Shown: positions 1 to 9,763 of the stretch, one piece after another
Layout of the letters: each line of letters begins with the position of its first letter
How positions within the stretch are numbered: position 1 is the first letter of the stretch
From: Candidatus Poribacteria bacterium
Lineage (GTDB): Bacteria > Poribacteria > WGA-4E > WGA-3G
Direction: 5' to 3'
DNA: 64,000 bases
Assembly (NCBI GenBank): GCA_965262955.1
Contig: CBDHGE010000001.1
Span: forward strand, 848,046-912,045
Program-made: the position numbers and the translations under genes
The notes under the pieces: model-generated
Told to the model about the DNA's origin: nothing
Seen by the model: only the letters and a program-made list of their open reading frames with translations
Databases searched by the model: none

Positions 1-259
1 TTATTTCGTTATCGGTGGAGAGCCGTCCGAGTGCAAGTAAAATAGCGACTAAGACTGACATGGGAAGCGCTAACACAACCATCACAGGCAGCATATAGAA
101 TATTAATTCAGCGAGATAGAGTGGACTCACCCCTTTCTGGACAAAAAGTTTCGTCAACCGAAAAAGATCGTTAAAGATAAGCATAACGGTGAAACAGGTG
201 AGCGATATTATAAAAGGCGGAAAGAATTCTTTGAGAATATATCGTGATAATGTTCGCAT
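1..259 (-). CDS. LptF/LptG-family LPS export permease, N-terminal part; the gene continues past the window start
   Basis: Manual minus-strand translation from ATG at 259-257 gives MRTLSRYILKEFFPPFIISLTCFTVMLIFNDLF...LGRLSTDNEI, typical of a YjgP/YjgQ N-terminus. No stop before position 1. Not in the ORF track because it is partial. Confidence 0.6.
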   Translation of the reverse strand, partial: MRTLSRYILKEFFPPFIISLTCFTVMLIFNDLFRLTKLFVQKGVSPLYLAELIFYMLPVMVVLALPMSVLVAILLALGRLSTDNEI

Positions 260-467
260 ATTTTTAATGCATCGGTGAATATTTTACGAGTTTTTTTATT
301 AGTTGATTTGTGGTTAAAAAACCTTTATTTTTTCATACTTAATTTTAACGATGACTCGTCACAAGCGGGTTACAGACCTCAAAAAAACAGAACATAAACT
401 CGCGAGTTAGTTGCAATAAGTCCCGATTTAATTTGAAATTCTCGGACAGAGGTGATATTATATCAAT

Positions 468-953
468 ATGGAACTTAGGTTAGAACACATCCAACTCACA
501 TCTGACGACCTTGCGGATGTCGCGGGACGTCATGTATCCTCCCAAGAACTTTATTCTCCAACTGCCCCGAAGTCTCCCACCGCGCAGTTTGGTTGGCGCG
601 ATAGATGGTGGTTAAACCAGTCAGCATCGGCATCAGTCGCCATCCATTACTGGTTTTTCGCGTCGGATAACGAGGCGCACACGGCGGCTGATGAAGGTAG
701 ATTTCGATTATCGGCGCAGACCGTCCTGAAGCCCGGTGGACGTGATTCCATCTATCAACCGCCACCGAATAACGAGCATGGACTGGGTGATGTGGTATGG
801 CAGGCTGGTGCGAATTTCTTATTCGTTCAACGGACTGTTGTTATACTGGTATCGGAAACAGGAGGGAAGGTCTCAGCGGACACAACCCTCCAAATTGCTC
901 GCAAAATCCTTGAAAAAATCAATTCTTTTACCGATTCGCCAAGCGTGGAATAA
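468..953 (+). CDS. hypothetical protein
   Basis: 161-aa ORF preceded by an AT-rich divergent promoter region at 260-467. No recognisable motif. Confidence 0.4.
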   Translation: MELRLEHIQLTSDDLADVAGRHVSSQELYSPTAPKSPTAQFGWRDRWWLNQSASASVAIHYWFFASDNEAHTAADEGRFRLSAQTVLKPGGRDSIYQPPPNNEHGLGDVVWQAGANFLFVQRTVVILVSETGGKVSADTTLQIARKILEKINSFTDSPSVE

Positions 954-1036
954 ACCGTTATCGAACTCAGCCGCAAACTAACAGTTTACACTACAACAAA
1001 TCACTTGCTACAACACACAGATTCTGCCTACTACTT

Positions 1037-2101
1037 TTAATAGTTTGCGTACCACGTTGCGGTCTGCTTGGCAATCCGCACATTTTGTGCGCCTCCGAAC
1101 TGGCGATGCTCATACCACGGCAGCGCATTTTCCGCTGCGGCGTTTGCATTTTCAAAATTCGTCGTCGCTTGGTTATCAAGGAATTGTTTGACAGCGTTGG
1201 TATCCGGATAATAATTGACTGCGTCTTTCCAGATAGCTCTACCACAGAGGAACCCACTGGCGCCAGCCTCGGTTGCAAGGTGTACGTTTTCGATGAATTC
1301 CTCAATATCAACACCGGCACTCAGAATTACCCAAGGCAGTGTTGAGGCTTCGTCTAACTTCTGACAGACTTCCTTCACTTCGGCAAGCTCGTATGCCGAA
1401 TCTCCAGCATAAAAATCAGCCTCTTGATAATCTGCCGTATATTTCAGGTCGGCAGGGAACTCTAACTTCAAGATATCGACTTTGTAGCTTGGATCCGTGA
1501 ACTCCTCGACGCTCCGAATAACGAGATCGGGTTTCTGTTTTGCGAACGCAACGCTCTTAGTCGTGCCTTCAAGTGCGTAACTCACTAATTCTAAGAGGAA
1601 TGGCAGATCGTGTTTCTCGCATTCGTCTCCAACATGGCGGACAAAGGCTTGTTGATGCTTCAGGGTTTCCGGTGAGGCATCGGGGTGGTAATAGGCGAGG
1701 AGTTTAATGGCATCCGCGCCAGCACGCTGTGCCTTTGCAATAGTCCAATTCGCAATCGGATTGGAGAGGCGTTCGTTCTCGGCGACCCCTTCGCTGACGT
1801 AGCCAGATTCTTCATAAGCGAGTAGCAACGCTACATCACGGGGAATTTCCGTAATGGAGTAGGGGTGTCCGTAAATTGGGTCAGTAAGAACTGCAGTGGC
1901 ATTCGGAGACAGGACCCGTGTTATCAGGGTCTTGAGTGCGGCGACATCTTCATATTGAACATCCGTTTTGTCCTTGTTTAGCACATCTGCGATTGCTTGG
2001 ACCATGGAGCCGCGCTGGTCAATCGCCATCATTTTAAAGCGACCATTTGTATCGGCGAGTTTGGTGATGCCACGCAATTTTCCAGAAGAAATATCGTTCA
2101 T
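1037..2101 (-). CDS. class I aldolase of the LacD family (tagatose-1,6-bisphosphate aldolase-like)
   Basis: Blocks AIDQRGSM, LLAYEESGY, LPWVILSAGV and GFLCGRAIW align with LacD-type tagatose-bisphosphate aldolases. AAGGAG ribosome-binding site before the ATG. Confidence 0.65.
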   Translation of the reverse strand: MNDISSGKLRGITKLADTNGRFKMMAIDQRGSMVQAIADVLNKDKTDVQYEDVAALKTLITRVLSPNATAVLTDPIYGHPYSITEIPRDVALLLAYEESGYVSEGVAENERLSNPIANWTIAKAQRAGADAIKLLAYYHPDASPETLKHQQAFVRHVGDECEKHDLPFLLELVSYALEGTTKSVAFAKQKPDLVIRSVEEFTDPSYKVDILKLEFPADLKYTADYQEADFYAGDSAYELAEVKEVCQKLDEASTLPWVILSAGVDIEEFIENVHLATEAGASGFLCGRAIWKDAVNYYPDTNAVKQFLDNQATTNFENANAAAENALPWYEHRQFGGAQNVRIAKQTATWYANY

Positions 2102-2280
2102 TAACTTCTCCTTCTTTACTGGTTATCGGTTATCAGTTGTCAGTCATCAGTTAAGAGATTGATTCGTAACAATCTACCTTCTCTTGGAGTATTCTACGGA
2201 TCACTAAATTGTTACATGAAACCTCTTAACTGACAACCCAAAGGCTTACGCAGTAATCCGTACCGACAACTAACAACTAT

Positions 2281-3345
2281 TTAATATTCACGTTCAACGA
2301 AAAAATGAATTAAAGATAAAAACAACTGTTTTGCACGTCCATCAGGGAGATGCGCAAAGTTATGGCTAAATCGTTCTGCAGCCGACTGTAAGAGTTCTTT
2401 AGAACGCTGTTGCACGTAGGTGATAGATTTATATTTTTGCATTAACCGGAGAATGCTCTCGACATCCGCCTCAGTTTTTTCATTCCGGGGACGTGCCATA
2501 ATATCGACGATATGCTGTGCTTCAGCGGCGGTGCAGGCATTGATGAGATGGATGAGAACGAGTGTCCGCTTGCCTTCGCTGATGTCGCCAGCAATCTCTT
2601 TTCCGTATCTACCGACATCACCTATGAGATTGAGGACATCGTCCTGAATCTGGAAGGCAATCCCAATCTCTTTACCAAGTTCTACGAATCCATCTATTTC
2701 TGCTTCGCTTGCGCCACCGATAATTGCGCCGACACGACAGGGGGTAATACTGGTATACCATGCGGTTTTCTGTATACACATGGTCAAGTAGTCGTTCTCG
2801 TCAAGATCCCAACGGTTATCACTGACCCAACTCAATTCAATGTGCTGCCCTTCAACGACTTGATTGCTGAGTTGTATAAACTCCGATAAAATTCGGAAGG
2901 TAAGTTCGTATCCGAGAATCTCTGTGTTCCGGTGGAGCATCTCCCACATCTTACAGTGTAGTGCGTCCCCAACGTTGATTGCCATCGGGGTTCCGTGTTT
3001 TTGATGAAGACAGGGTTCGCCTCTACGGAGCTCGGAATCGTCCTCAATATCGTCGTGAATCAGAAGCCAATTCTGGAGGAGTTCAAGTGAGGCGGCAGTA
3101 TTCACAGCACGGTCTGGATCTCCGCCGAATGCTTCACAGATCAGCATACAGAGCGCGGGTCTTAACCCTTTAGCAGCGCGGCGCGGGTAGTCCAACATCA
3201 TCTGGTACAAATCATGTACATCCGGGTGCTTGTGAGCAGTTGGTAGGAAATCGAAGATGCAGGCATCAACCCTGCTTTTGACATCGCTGAGATATGTGGT
3301 GACAAGGTGCTGTGTAGGTGAAGGATCTTGTCCAGTCTTCTGCAT
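2281..3345 (-). CDS. polyprenyl diphosphate synthase (trans-isoprenyl diphosphate synthase family)
   Basis: First and second aspartate-rich motifs LIHDDIEDDSELRRG and FQIQDDVLN. Confidence 0.85.
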   Translation of the reverse strand: MQKTGQDPSPTQHLVTTYLSDVKSRVDACIFDFLPTAHKHPDVHDLYQMMLDYPRRAAKGLRPALCMLICEAFGGDPDRAVNTAASLELLQNWLLIHDDIEDDSELRRGEPCLHQKHGTPMAINVGDALHCKMWEMLHRNTEILGYELTFRILSEFIQLSNQVVEGQHIELSWVSDNRWDLDENDYLTMCIQKTAWYTSITPCRVGAIIGGASEAEIDGFVELGKEIGIAFQIQDDVLNLIGDVGRYGKEIAGDISEGKRTLVLIHLINACTAAEAQHIVDIMARPRNEKTEADVESILRLMQKYKSITYVQQRSKELLQSAAERFSHNFAHLPDGRAKQLFLSLIHFFVEREY

Positions 3346-3438
3346 CGGTCTCCTTGTATTTTCCGCCGTCTTCCTGTTTCACGCAGCCCTTCTGCGTTCT
3401 CTGGAGATATCTAAGTAGAAAATCCAAGATGTATCAGG

Positions 3439-3542
3439 GTTGGCGTGCAAATTCCGCTTTAATATTATAATACATCACGGCGTGAAAATCAAATTTTTGT
3501 CCCGCGACTGGTGTCTGGCTCATCAACCCAACTACGCACTAT
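3439..3542. repeat. Copy D of an inverted-repeat-bounded ~100-nt element (GGTTGG ... TATTATAAT ... CAACCCAAC-TACGC)
   Basis: 5' arm gggttggcgtgc, internal tattataat, 3' arm tcaacccaactacgcac. Homologous to the copies at 24899-24995 and 47904-47999. Confidence 0.5.
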
Positions 3543-3637
3543 ACAATCTCTGAAGTGTCCGTATCAGATTCATCACTGAGACTCGGTAATACTCACAACA
3601 AACAAGACGTATGCCTCTCGCTTTATTTTGTGATGCC

Positions 3638-4156
3638 TCACCGCCGCTCAGATATATTAGACGCAATAATAGCGACCCCACCGGTTAGGGTCATGCAACC
3701 GAAAACAGAGCCCGCAGCAACTGATTTAATTTGATACGATTGCGCTTTTTCCCGATACGCATCTGCGTAAAATTTGACATATTCAGGTGATTTTCCGATC
3801 AATCTCTCAGGTGGCGGATTCGGTGGACGGATATAATATCTAATCAGCAGACTTAAGACCCCCGCAGCACTCATTGAAGCAGTGATGTAAAAAAGATTGT
3901 CCTGCCCATCTCCAAAGGTCAAGTCGGCAATGAATCCAGTCATCAATCCACACATCGCTGCGGCAAATGTCGCACCCATGCCTGATGGAAAATAAGTCAG
4001 CATATTGACATCACGTTTCGCATCCGATTCAGCATCTGACTTTGCCTGAAGATATGTAGAATCATGTGATGTATTCTCATAATGTTTCAAACCGCAGCCA
4101 GCAAATGCAATGACCCACACGATTGGCAAACAACAGAAACATAGCAAGAATTTCAC
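3638..4156 (-). CDS. hypothetical lipoprotein or membrane protein
   Basis: N-terminal signal with AFAGC lipobox and hydrophobic segments. Confidence 0.45.
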   Translation of the reverse strand: MKFLLCFCCLPIVWVIAFAGCGLKHYENTSHDSTYLQAKSDAESDAKRDVNMLTYFPSGMGATFAAAMCGLMTGFIADLTFGDGQDNLFYITASMSAAGVLSLLIRYYIRPPNPPPERLIGKSPEYVKFYADAYREKAQSYQIKSVAAGSVFGCMTLTGGVAIIASNISERR

Positions 4157-4282
4157 AAGAAATCTCCTTCATACTGCGGAAAGTTCCCAGAAATCTGTCC
4201 GCCCTTATCCTATCTTAACGATAACGCTCAGTGAAATATGACCTTACCACGCATAGGGGACGCAGGTAGGTTCTGTTGGTTC

Positions 4283-4519
4283 CTACAATTCGTCTAAATC
4301 AAGCGCAACGAAGCGGTATCCAAGCGGTTTTATTCTTTCAACTAAGGTTTCTCGGATTTGAAGGGCATGCGCAAACTGCCCTTCGGAGATTTGGATGCGC
4401 AAAACGGGGGTATGATCGAAGAGGATAGCATCTTTAATCTGAAATTCTTGGAGAATTTGTTCGACTTCTTTTAATGATGCGTGGTTTTCGTCCTGCTCGG
4501 GATTGTGTTCTTTTTCCAT
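4283..4519 (-). CDS. small hypothetical protein (~78 aa) translationally coupled to the upstream SDR gene
   Basis: Its ATG at 4519-4517 sits 1 nt after the SDR stop at 4523-4521. Weak resemblance to the C-terminal segment of PP-loop ATPases (LarE / TIGR00268 type: ...LRIQI...IKPLGYRFVALDLDE). Confidence 0.35.
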   Translation of the reverse strand: MEKEHNPEQDENHASLKEVEQILQEFQIKDAILFDHTPVLRIQISEGQFAHALQIRETLVERIKPLGYRFVALDLDEL

Positions 4520-4520
4520 G

Positions 4521-5327
4521 CTAAGAACGCCGCCTCCAGTCACTCCCAGCCATGAATCCACCATCAACGAAAACCATTTGACCGGTGACAAAATCAGAGG
4601 CATTGGATGCGAAGAAAATTGTCAAACCCGCTAAGTCTTCAGGTTCGCCCCACCGATAGGCAGGGGTTCGGTTGAGGATCCATTCATTTCGGTTGTCTTC
4701 GCGCGCCGGAGCGGTCATCTCTGTTCGGATAAAGCCGGGTGCGATGCCGTTTACCTGAATGTTGTGTTCCGCCCATTCCACGGCAAGGAGTTTCGTTAGC
4801 TGCAGGAGTCCACCCTTCGCTGCTGTATAGGCGACACTCGTGGGCAGTCCAATCGCTGAGGTAAGCGACAAGGTGTTAATTACCTTGCCAGCCTTATGTT
4901 CTTTCATGACGTTGCCGCAGGCTTTTGCCAGAAAGAATGCACCTTTGAGATTAACATCGGTGACGAAATCCCAATCTGCTTCGGTGAACTCAAGCGCGGG
5001 GTTTCGGACATTGACGCCAGCGTTATTAACGAGCACGTCGATTTTGCCAAAGGTTTCAACGGTCTGGGCAACGAGATCATCAATCTCAGAGAGATTCCCG
5101 ACATCCGCCTGAATTGGGAGGACGGTTTTGCCGGTCTCCGCAGCAATATTTTCAGCAATGGGGGTTAGCGTTTCCAGTTTCCTGCCTACGATAGCGAGTT
5201 CGGAACCTGCGCCTGCAAGTCCTTCTGCCATTGCAAGCCCAATGCCACGACTCGCCCCAGTGACGAGGCTCACCTTGCCATCCAGTTGAAATTGCTGGAT
5301 CGTGGCTGTAGCGGGTTTTTGATTCAT
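4521..5327 (-). CDS. SDR-family oxidoreductase (KduD / gluconate 5-dehydrogenase-like)
   Basis: TGASRGIG cofactor motif, NNAG, YTAAK catalytic triad region. Confidence 0.8.
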   Translation of the reverse strand: MNQKPATATIQQFQLDGKVSLVTGASRGIGLAMAEGLAGAGSELAIVGRKLETLTPIAENIAAETGKTVLPIQADVGNLSEIDDLVAQTVETFGKIDVLVNNAGVNVRNPALEFTEADWDFVTDVNLKGAFFLAKACGNVMKEHKAGKVINTLSLTSAIGLPTSVAYTAAKGGLLQLTKLLAVEWAEHNIQVNGIAPGFIRTEMTAPAREDNRNEWILNRTPAYRWGEPEDLAGLTIFFASNASDFVTGQMVFVDGGFMAGSDWRRRS

Positions 5328-5348
5328 ATTTCACTCCGATTTCAGAAT

Positions 5349-6560
5349 TTAATTATCATTCAATCCTTCGAGTCCTGCATATTCACGTAATAAGTCAGAA
5401 TCAATTGGTTTTATTTTCCCTCCGTGTTCCTCAGCAAGGGGAATAAGGAGTTTCGCAGCACGTGAGAGTTTCAGATCAATTTCAAGTGCGACAACATAGA
5501 TAATTGCGTTACTGACATTACGTTCACGGACAGAGTCAAGAATTTTCTGTGGATTTGTTTCAATGTATATCTCACTATCCTCATCTACTTGCGGCAAGCC
5601 GTCTGTTATTAAAACAACAACAGTGGGTTCAAACGCTAAGGCGGTTTCAATAGCGGGTAGCAGATTAGTGTCCAGATTACTTTGAATACTTTCTGGTGTG
5701 AACCTGTTAAGATACCTGAGAACACGATCTATGTTTTTGGAGTTTGCGGGGAGCATTTTCTCGCTCATAACTTGCGGTGTGTCAGAAAAGGGGACAATGT
5801 TCAACTTGTCCTCATCCCCTAACATCATTACGGAATCCTGGAGAGCATTTATTGCTAATGGTAACTTTTTCATTCCAGCTGCCTGCATGCTCGCAGTGAT
5901 ATCAAGGCAGTATACAACACTTTTGGGACCATCAAACTCATTAAGAAAATCAATCATACCAAGTCGATCTGCGGCACCATCTTTTCCACCACCACCGAGG
6001 AGTCCGCCACCACCGTCCTGTCCACTACCACGGAATCTGCCCATTCCACTCTCTCCGCGCGCCCGAACTCTGCCGGTAACCTTGCCGCGTCCATCGGTGC
6101 GTCCGGGTTGCGAGATGAGCCTACTGAGGTTTGAGGCTTCCGCATCCCGTAATTGCGCATCTGTCATAACATCTGGAACGAGTTCGCTCAAAGGTGCTTT
6201 GTTAATTTCAACATCTTCAAGGACAACGCGTTGACTGAGTTTCATGACTTCATCTATCTTGTTCCGTGTAGGTTCAATCTTTCTGTCAATTGCATCTCTT
6301 GCAAGGTCCTCGTTGGGATCATACAACTTTTTTGTCAGTGGCGGTTTCGGTTTTAGGTTCCGTTTTCTGGGAGCTTCCGGGTCGTTAAGCAAATCGACAG
6401 CATAGGCATCCTCTTGCTCAATGGCAAGTCGATTCATTGGGAGGAAGAGGTAGATGATCGCAACTACCATGTGTAAAATAAGAGATAATAAGACGACAGA
6501 ACGCATCCGATTCCTACGGCGCTGGGTATCAAGGTGCCTATTCAGCAATTGATTTAACAT
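5349..6560 (-). CDS. membrane-anchored von Willebrand factor A (VWA) domain protein
   Basis: N-terminal transmembrane helix, Gly-rich linker, then a VWA-type fold with VVYCLDITASM (a MIDAS-like DxTxS motif). Confidence 0.55.
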   Translation of the reverse strand: MLNQLLNRHLDTQRRRNRMRSVVLLSLILHMVVAIIYLFLPMNRLAIEQEDAYAVDLLNDPEAPRKRNLKPKPPLTKKLYDPNEDLARDAIDRKIEPTRNKIDEVMKLSQRVVLEDVEINKAPLSELVPDVMTDAQLRDAEASNLSRLISQPGRTDGRGKVTGRVRARGESGMGRFRGSGQDGGGGLLGGGGKDGAADRLGMIDFLNEFDGPKSVVYCLDITASMQAAGMKKLPLAINALQDSVMMLGDEDKLNIVPFSDTPQVMSEKMLPANSKNIDRVLRYLNRFTPESIQSNLDTNLLPAIETALAFEPTVVVLITDGLPQVDEDSEIYIETNPQKILDSVRERNVSNAIIYVVALEIDLKLSRAAKLLIPLAEEHGGKIKPIDSDLLREYAGLEGLNDN

Positions 6561-6643
6561 GATAATTCCCCTCAGTGTATTTTCTCTTTAACAGGAACAT
6601 GTAATATAAGGTTTACGCGTATAAGTGCGGAACTTCAGGAGAT

Positions 6644-7192
6644 TTATGTTTCAGACGAAGCTTGTTGGCTCTCAAAAGCTTCAATCCACGTTTTGCCTTC
6701 TGGTGTTAGTTCATAGTAGGTATGGTTTCGGTGTTTGATCCATTTGCCTTTAACGATATTCTTGCGATAGTGGATAATGCGTCTTTCAACCCGTTTCAGT
6801 CCGCCAAGTTCTCTTAATTTACGATGTCGCTGGTGTGCCTCCTCAAGTGGGATCCTCAAGGCTTCAGCGACAATGATAGAATAGTCCATTCCCAATTCCT
6901 GATGGTGCTTAAGTATAAAATAATCGGTCTCATCAAGTTCAGCAAACTCAGGTGCGAGTGGAACAGGGTCTGCTGCAGTTTCAGTTTTCTGAATCTCATC
7001 CCATGTTACTTTCAATAATCGTTCTGTTCGCAATCCTTGCACTGCGTTGCACGTGTTGTCATGGATGGTAATGGTGCCGTCTTCTTTGAAATAACCGGTA
7101 ATTGCGTTCCCTTCCTGTGGCGCACAACACTTGGCGATTTTATATTTTAACTCAGTTGCCATCTCTCTGCCCCATTCAAACATCCAGATCAT
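6644..7192 (-). CDS. putative winged-helix DNA-binding protein with an N-terminal Cys/His cluster
   Basis: A CC...H..C cluster followed by an HTH-like segment ELGMDYSIIVAEALRIPLEEAH and a basic wing. The true start may be MATELKY at 7162. Confidence 0.35.
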   Translation of the reverse strand: MIWMFEWGREMATELKYKIAKCCAPQEGNAITGYFKEDGTITIHDNTCNAVQGLRTERLLKVTWDEIQKTETAADPVPLAPEFAELDETDYFILKHHQELGMDYSIIVAEALRIPLEEAHQRHRKLRELGGLKRVERRIIHYRKNIVKGKWIKHRNHTYYELTPEGKTWIEAFESQQASSET

Positions 7193-7535
7193 TTAGTTTT
7201 AAGAAGTAAATGATTTATGTAATGGATTCCTATTGATGGATGCCCGGATTTAGTCTCTATAGACTAAATTTTGCCCACACGCGGCAAAATTTGTCTTTGC
7301 TTTACATTTCCATTCCTCGTATTACATTCTTGTTCCGGTTCGCACACCCTATCCCGAACAAGTTCGGGCGTCCAGATGTAAACTGAACGACTCTAACCGC
7401 ATGGGATGTAACTACTTGAATGGGCGATGCCCTACAGACATATCACCCCTACGGAGTGTTAAAGTTCATTTTTTACTTGAAAAATATGTTCAAATGCTCA
7501 GGCCTTTGGATAGGAACCTGCGTTATATTGGTGTC

Positions 7536-8810
7536 TTAATTTCGCTCTAATGCTCGGTATCCGATGTCGTTCCGAAAATGGGCGTTGTCGAACTGAATGG
7601 TAGAAACACCTTGATATGCCCGTTGAATGGCATCGTGTAAGCCGTCTGCAATAGCAGTAACACACAGGACCCTACCCCCATCCGTGACAATGTTCTCGCC
7701 ATTCTGTTTCGTACCTGCGTGAAAGACGGTCACACCCTCAATCGCGCCTGCATCTTCTAAACCCGTGATGACTTTGCCTGTTTGGTACGGATCTGGATAC
7801 CCACCGGAAGCCATGATGACACAGGCTACTGCCTCGTCATACCATTCTACCTCAGTCTGTTGTGCGAGTGTTCCATCAACACACGCCATCAACAAAGGCA
7901 CCAAATCGCTCTTGAGACAGGGAAATAGAACTTGCGCCTCTGGATCTCCAAAACGACAGTTGAATTCCACTACCTTTGGACCAGCATCCGTAACCATTAA
8001 TCCTACGTATAGTACGCCTTTGAAGGGACTTCCCATATCCGTCATACCCTTGACAGTCGGGTAAACGATACGTTGCATCACATCGTTGTGCACTTCAGGC
8101 GTGATAACAGGTGCGGGAGAGTAAGCTCCCATTCCGCCTGTGTTCTTGCCAGTATCACCATCATGCGACATTTTATGGTCTTGCGAAGTGACAAAAGGGA
8201 GACAATGCGTGCCATCGGTAAGAACAGTAAAGGAGGCTTCTTCGCCGATCAATTCTTCTTCAATTACAACGCTGCCGCCTGCTTCGCCGAATGCCTTGTC
8301 TACTAAAATAGTTGTAACAGCTTGTGCTGCCTCTTTGAAGGTACGTCCGGGAATAACGCCTTTGCCAGCGGCGAGTCCGTTTGCTTTAACGAAAACAGGT
8401 GCATTGTGATCTTCGATATATGCCATTGCCTCCTCGGCGTCCACAAATGTGCGGTGCGCTGCTGTTGGTATGTCGTTTTTCACCATCAGTTGCTTGGCAA
8501 AATCTTTACTCGCTTCAAGCTGCGCTGCGCGCTTATCGGGTCCAAACGCCTTGAGCCCATGTTCAGAAAACGTATCAACGATACCTTCAGCCAGCGGAAC
8601 TTCGGGACCTACGACAGTCAACGCGATGTCCTTGGACTCCGCCCAATCTGCTAAGTCAACAAATCGGTCTGGCATGGGGATAAGTTCTGCAATTTGTGCG
8701 ATGCCAGCATTACCGGGTGCGCAATAGATTTTTTCGACCAGAGGACTCTGGGCAAGTTTCCAGACGAGCGTGTGTTCACGTCCCCCTTGTCCGATAACCA
8801 GTATTTTCAT
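7536..8810 (-). CDS. purD: phosphoribosylamine--glycine ligase
   Basis: Full-length PurD architecture (MKILVIGQGGREH..., ATP-grasp motifs). Confidence 0.9.
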   Translation of the reverse strand: MKILVIGQGGREHTLVWKLAQSPLVEKIYCAPGNAGIAQIAELIPMPDRFVDLADWAESKDIALTVVGPEVPLAEGIVDTFSEHGLKAFGPDKRAAQLEASKDFAKQLMVKNDIPTAAHRTFVDAEEAMAYIEDHNAPVFVKANGLAAGKGVIPGRTFKEAAQAVTTILVDKAFGEAGGSVVIEEELIGEEASFTVLTDGTHCLPFVTSQDHKMSHDGDTGKNTGGMGAYSPAPVITPEVHNDVMQRIVYPTVKGMTDMGSPFKGVLYVGLMVTDAGPKVVEFNCRFGDPEAQVLFPCLKSDLVPLLMACVDGTLAQQTEVEWYDEAVACVIMASGGYPDPYQTGKVITGLEDAGAIEGVTVFHAGTKQNGENIVTDGGRVLCVTAIADGLHDAIQRAYQGVSTIQFDNAHFRNDIGYRALERN

Positions 8811-8996
8811 GTATCCATCCTTTTTGACTGTATTGTATCAGAAAGTGTTCGGAAAATCAAGCAGTTTCGATTAACGTGAAAACCAGCGATTTAAGTTGAC
8901 AAAAGCAATTGAACAGGTTAGGCTAATTAGAGACCGCTTATGAGGTTAAGCACACTTTGAGCACCATATAAAGGAGCATTCTACAAGAAACTATTA

Positions 8997-9335
8997 ATGC
9001 GTAACACACATCCGCGAGAAGTGCAATTTTATACAACTTCAAACGACAGAGAACCCTTTACCGAGTGGTTTCAGTCAATCCGAGAACCAAATATACGATA
9101 TAGAATTCAAAGACGGCTTGAGAGACTTGAAGAGGGTAATCTTGGTGACTACCAGTCCGTCGGTAGTGGTGTCTTTGAACTCCGTATCCACTTCGGAGCA
9201 GGCTATCGCATCTATTTCGGTGAAGTGGATAATACGATTGTCCTTGTACTCTATGGTGGCGACAAATCATCACAAACTCGGGACATTGAACGCGCAAAGA
9301 CCTATTGGTCAGAATACAAGGAGACACAAACATGA
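8997..9335 (+). CDS. type II TA toxin, RelE/ParE superfamily (HigB-like addiction-module killer protein)
   Basis: ~110 aa, with GDYQSVGSGVFELRIHFGAGYRIYF and IVLVLYGGDK matching the TIGR02683-type killer protein. Confidence 0.65.
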   Translation: MRNTHPREVQFYTTSNDREPFTEWFQSIREPNIRYRIQRRLERLEEGNLGDYQSVGSGVFELRIHFGAGYRIYFGEVDNTIVLVLYGGDKSSQTRDIERAKTYWSEYKETQT

Positions 9336-9730
9336 GAAAATATCGAACCTTGCGCGAGTTTCTAAATGAACAACTTGCCTCCCAAGACGAGGCAATTGGC
9401 TTCCTCCAATTTGTCTTAGAAGAATATCAGGTCGAAGGGGACACGTCCTTCTTTCTTCGAGGGATTCAGAATGTTATTGAAGCGCAGGGTGGAGTTACCG
9501 AAATTGCCAAGCAAATCCACATGGCTCCAGACACCTTATCGAAAATTCTCTCAAGCAAAGAGGCACCACAAATTGACACGCTTGAGACTATTCTTAATGC
9601 ATTAGGGTGTAAACTTTCAATTACTCCTTTAAGGGATGATAACACTGCTCCTGACCTTGAACTCTCTGCCGAGGAAAGCACTCAACTGAAAAACGCACAG
9701 ACGCAATTATCTGAGTCGGATTCACCTTAA
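9332..9730 (+). CDS. HTH antitoxin (HigA-like addiction-module antidote protein)
   Basis: Start MRKYRTLREF overlaps the toxin stop as ATGA. Helix-turn-helix around LSKILSSKEAPQIDTLETILNALG. Confidence 0.6.
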   Translation: MRKYRTLREFLNEQLASQDEAIGFLQFVLEEYQVEGDTSFFLRGIQNVIEAQGGVTEIAKQIHMAPDTLSKILSSKEAPQIDTLETILNALGCKLSITPLRDDNTAPDLELSAEESTQLKNAQTQLSESDSP

Positions 9731-9763
9731 TAAAATCGGCGTTGACAATCCACGAATACACCC

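Noticed and set aside
1-3. tta at positions 1-3 read as a minus-strand stop ending a gene
   Set aside because: That frame has another stop at 49-51. The real ORF at 1-259 is in the adjacent frame and runs off the window edge.
2420-2889. Numerous antisense or overlapping ORFs inside strongly supported genes (for example 2420-2647, 2512-2889, 4840-5168, 8073-8879, 13019-13412, 33523-34759, 35923-37060)
   Set aside because: They lie opposite or inside genes with clear homology-type signatures and show no independent motifs. They are treated as frame noise.
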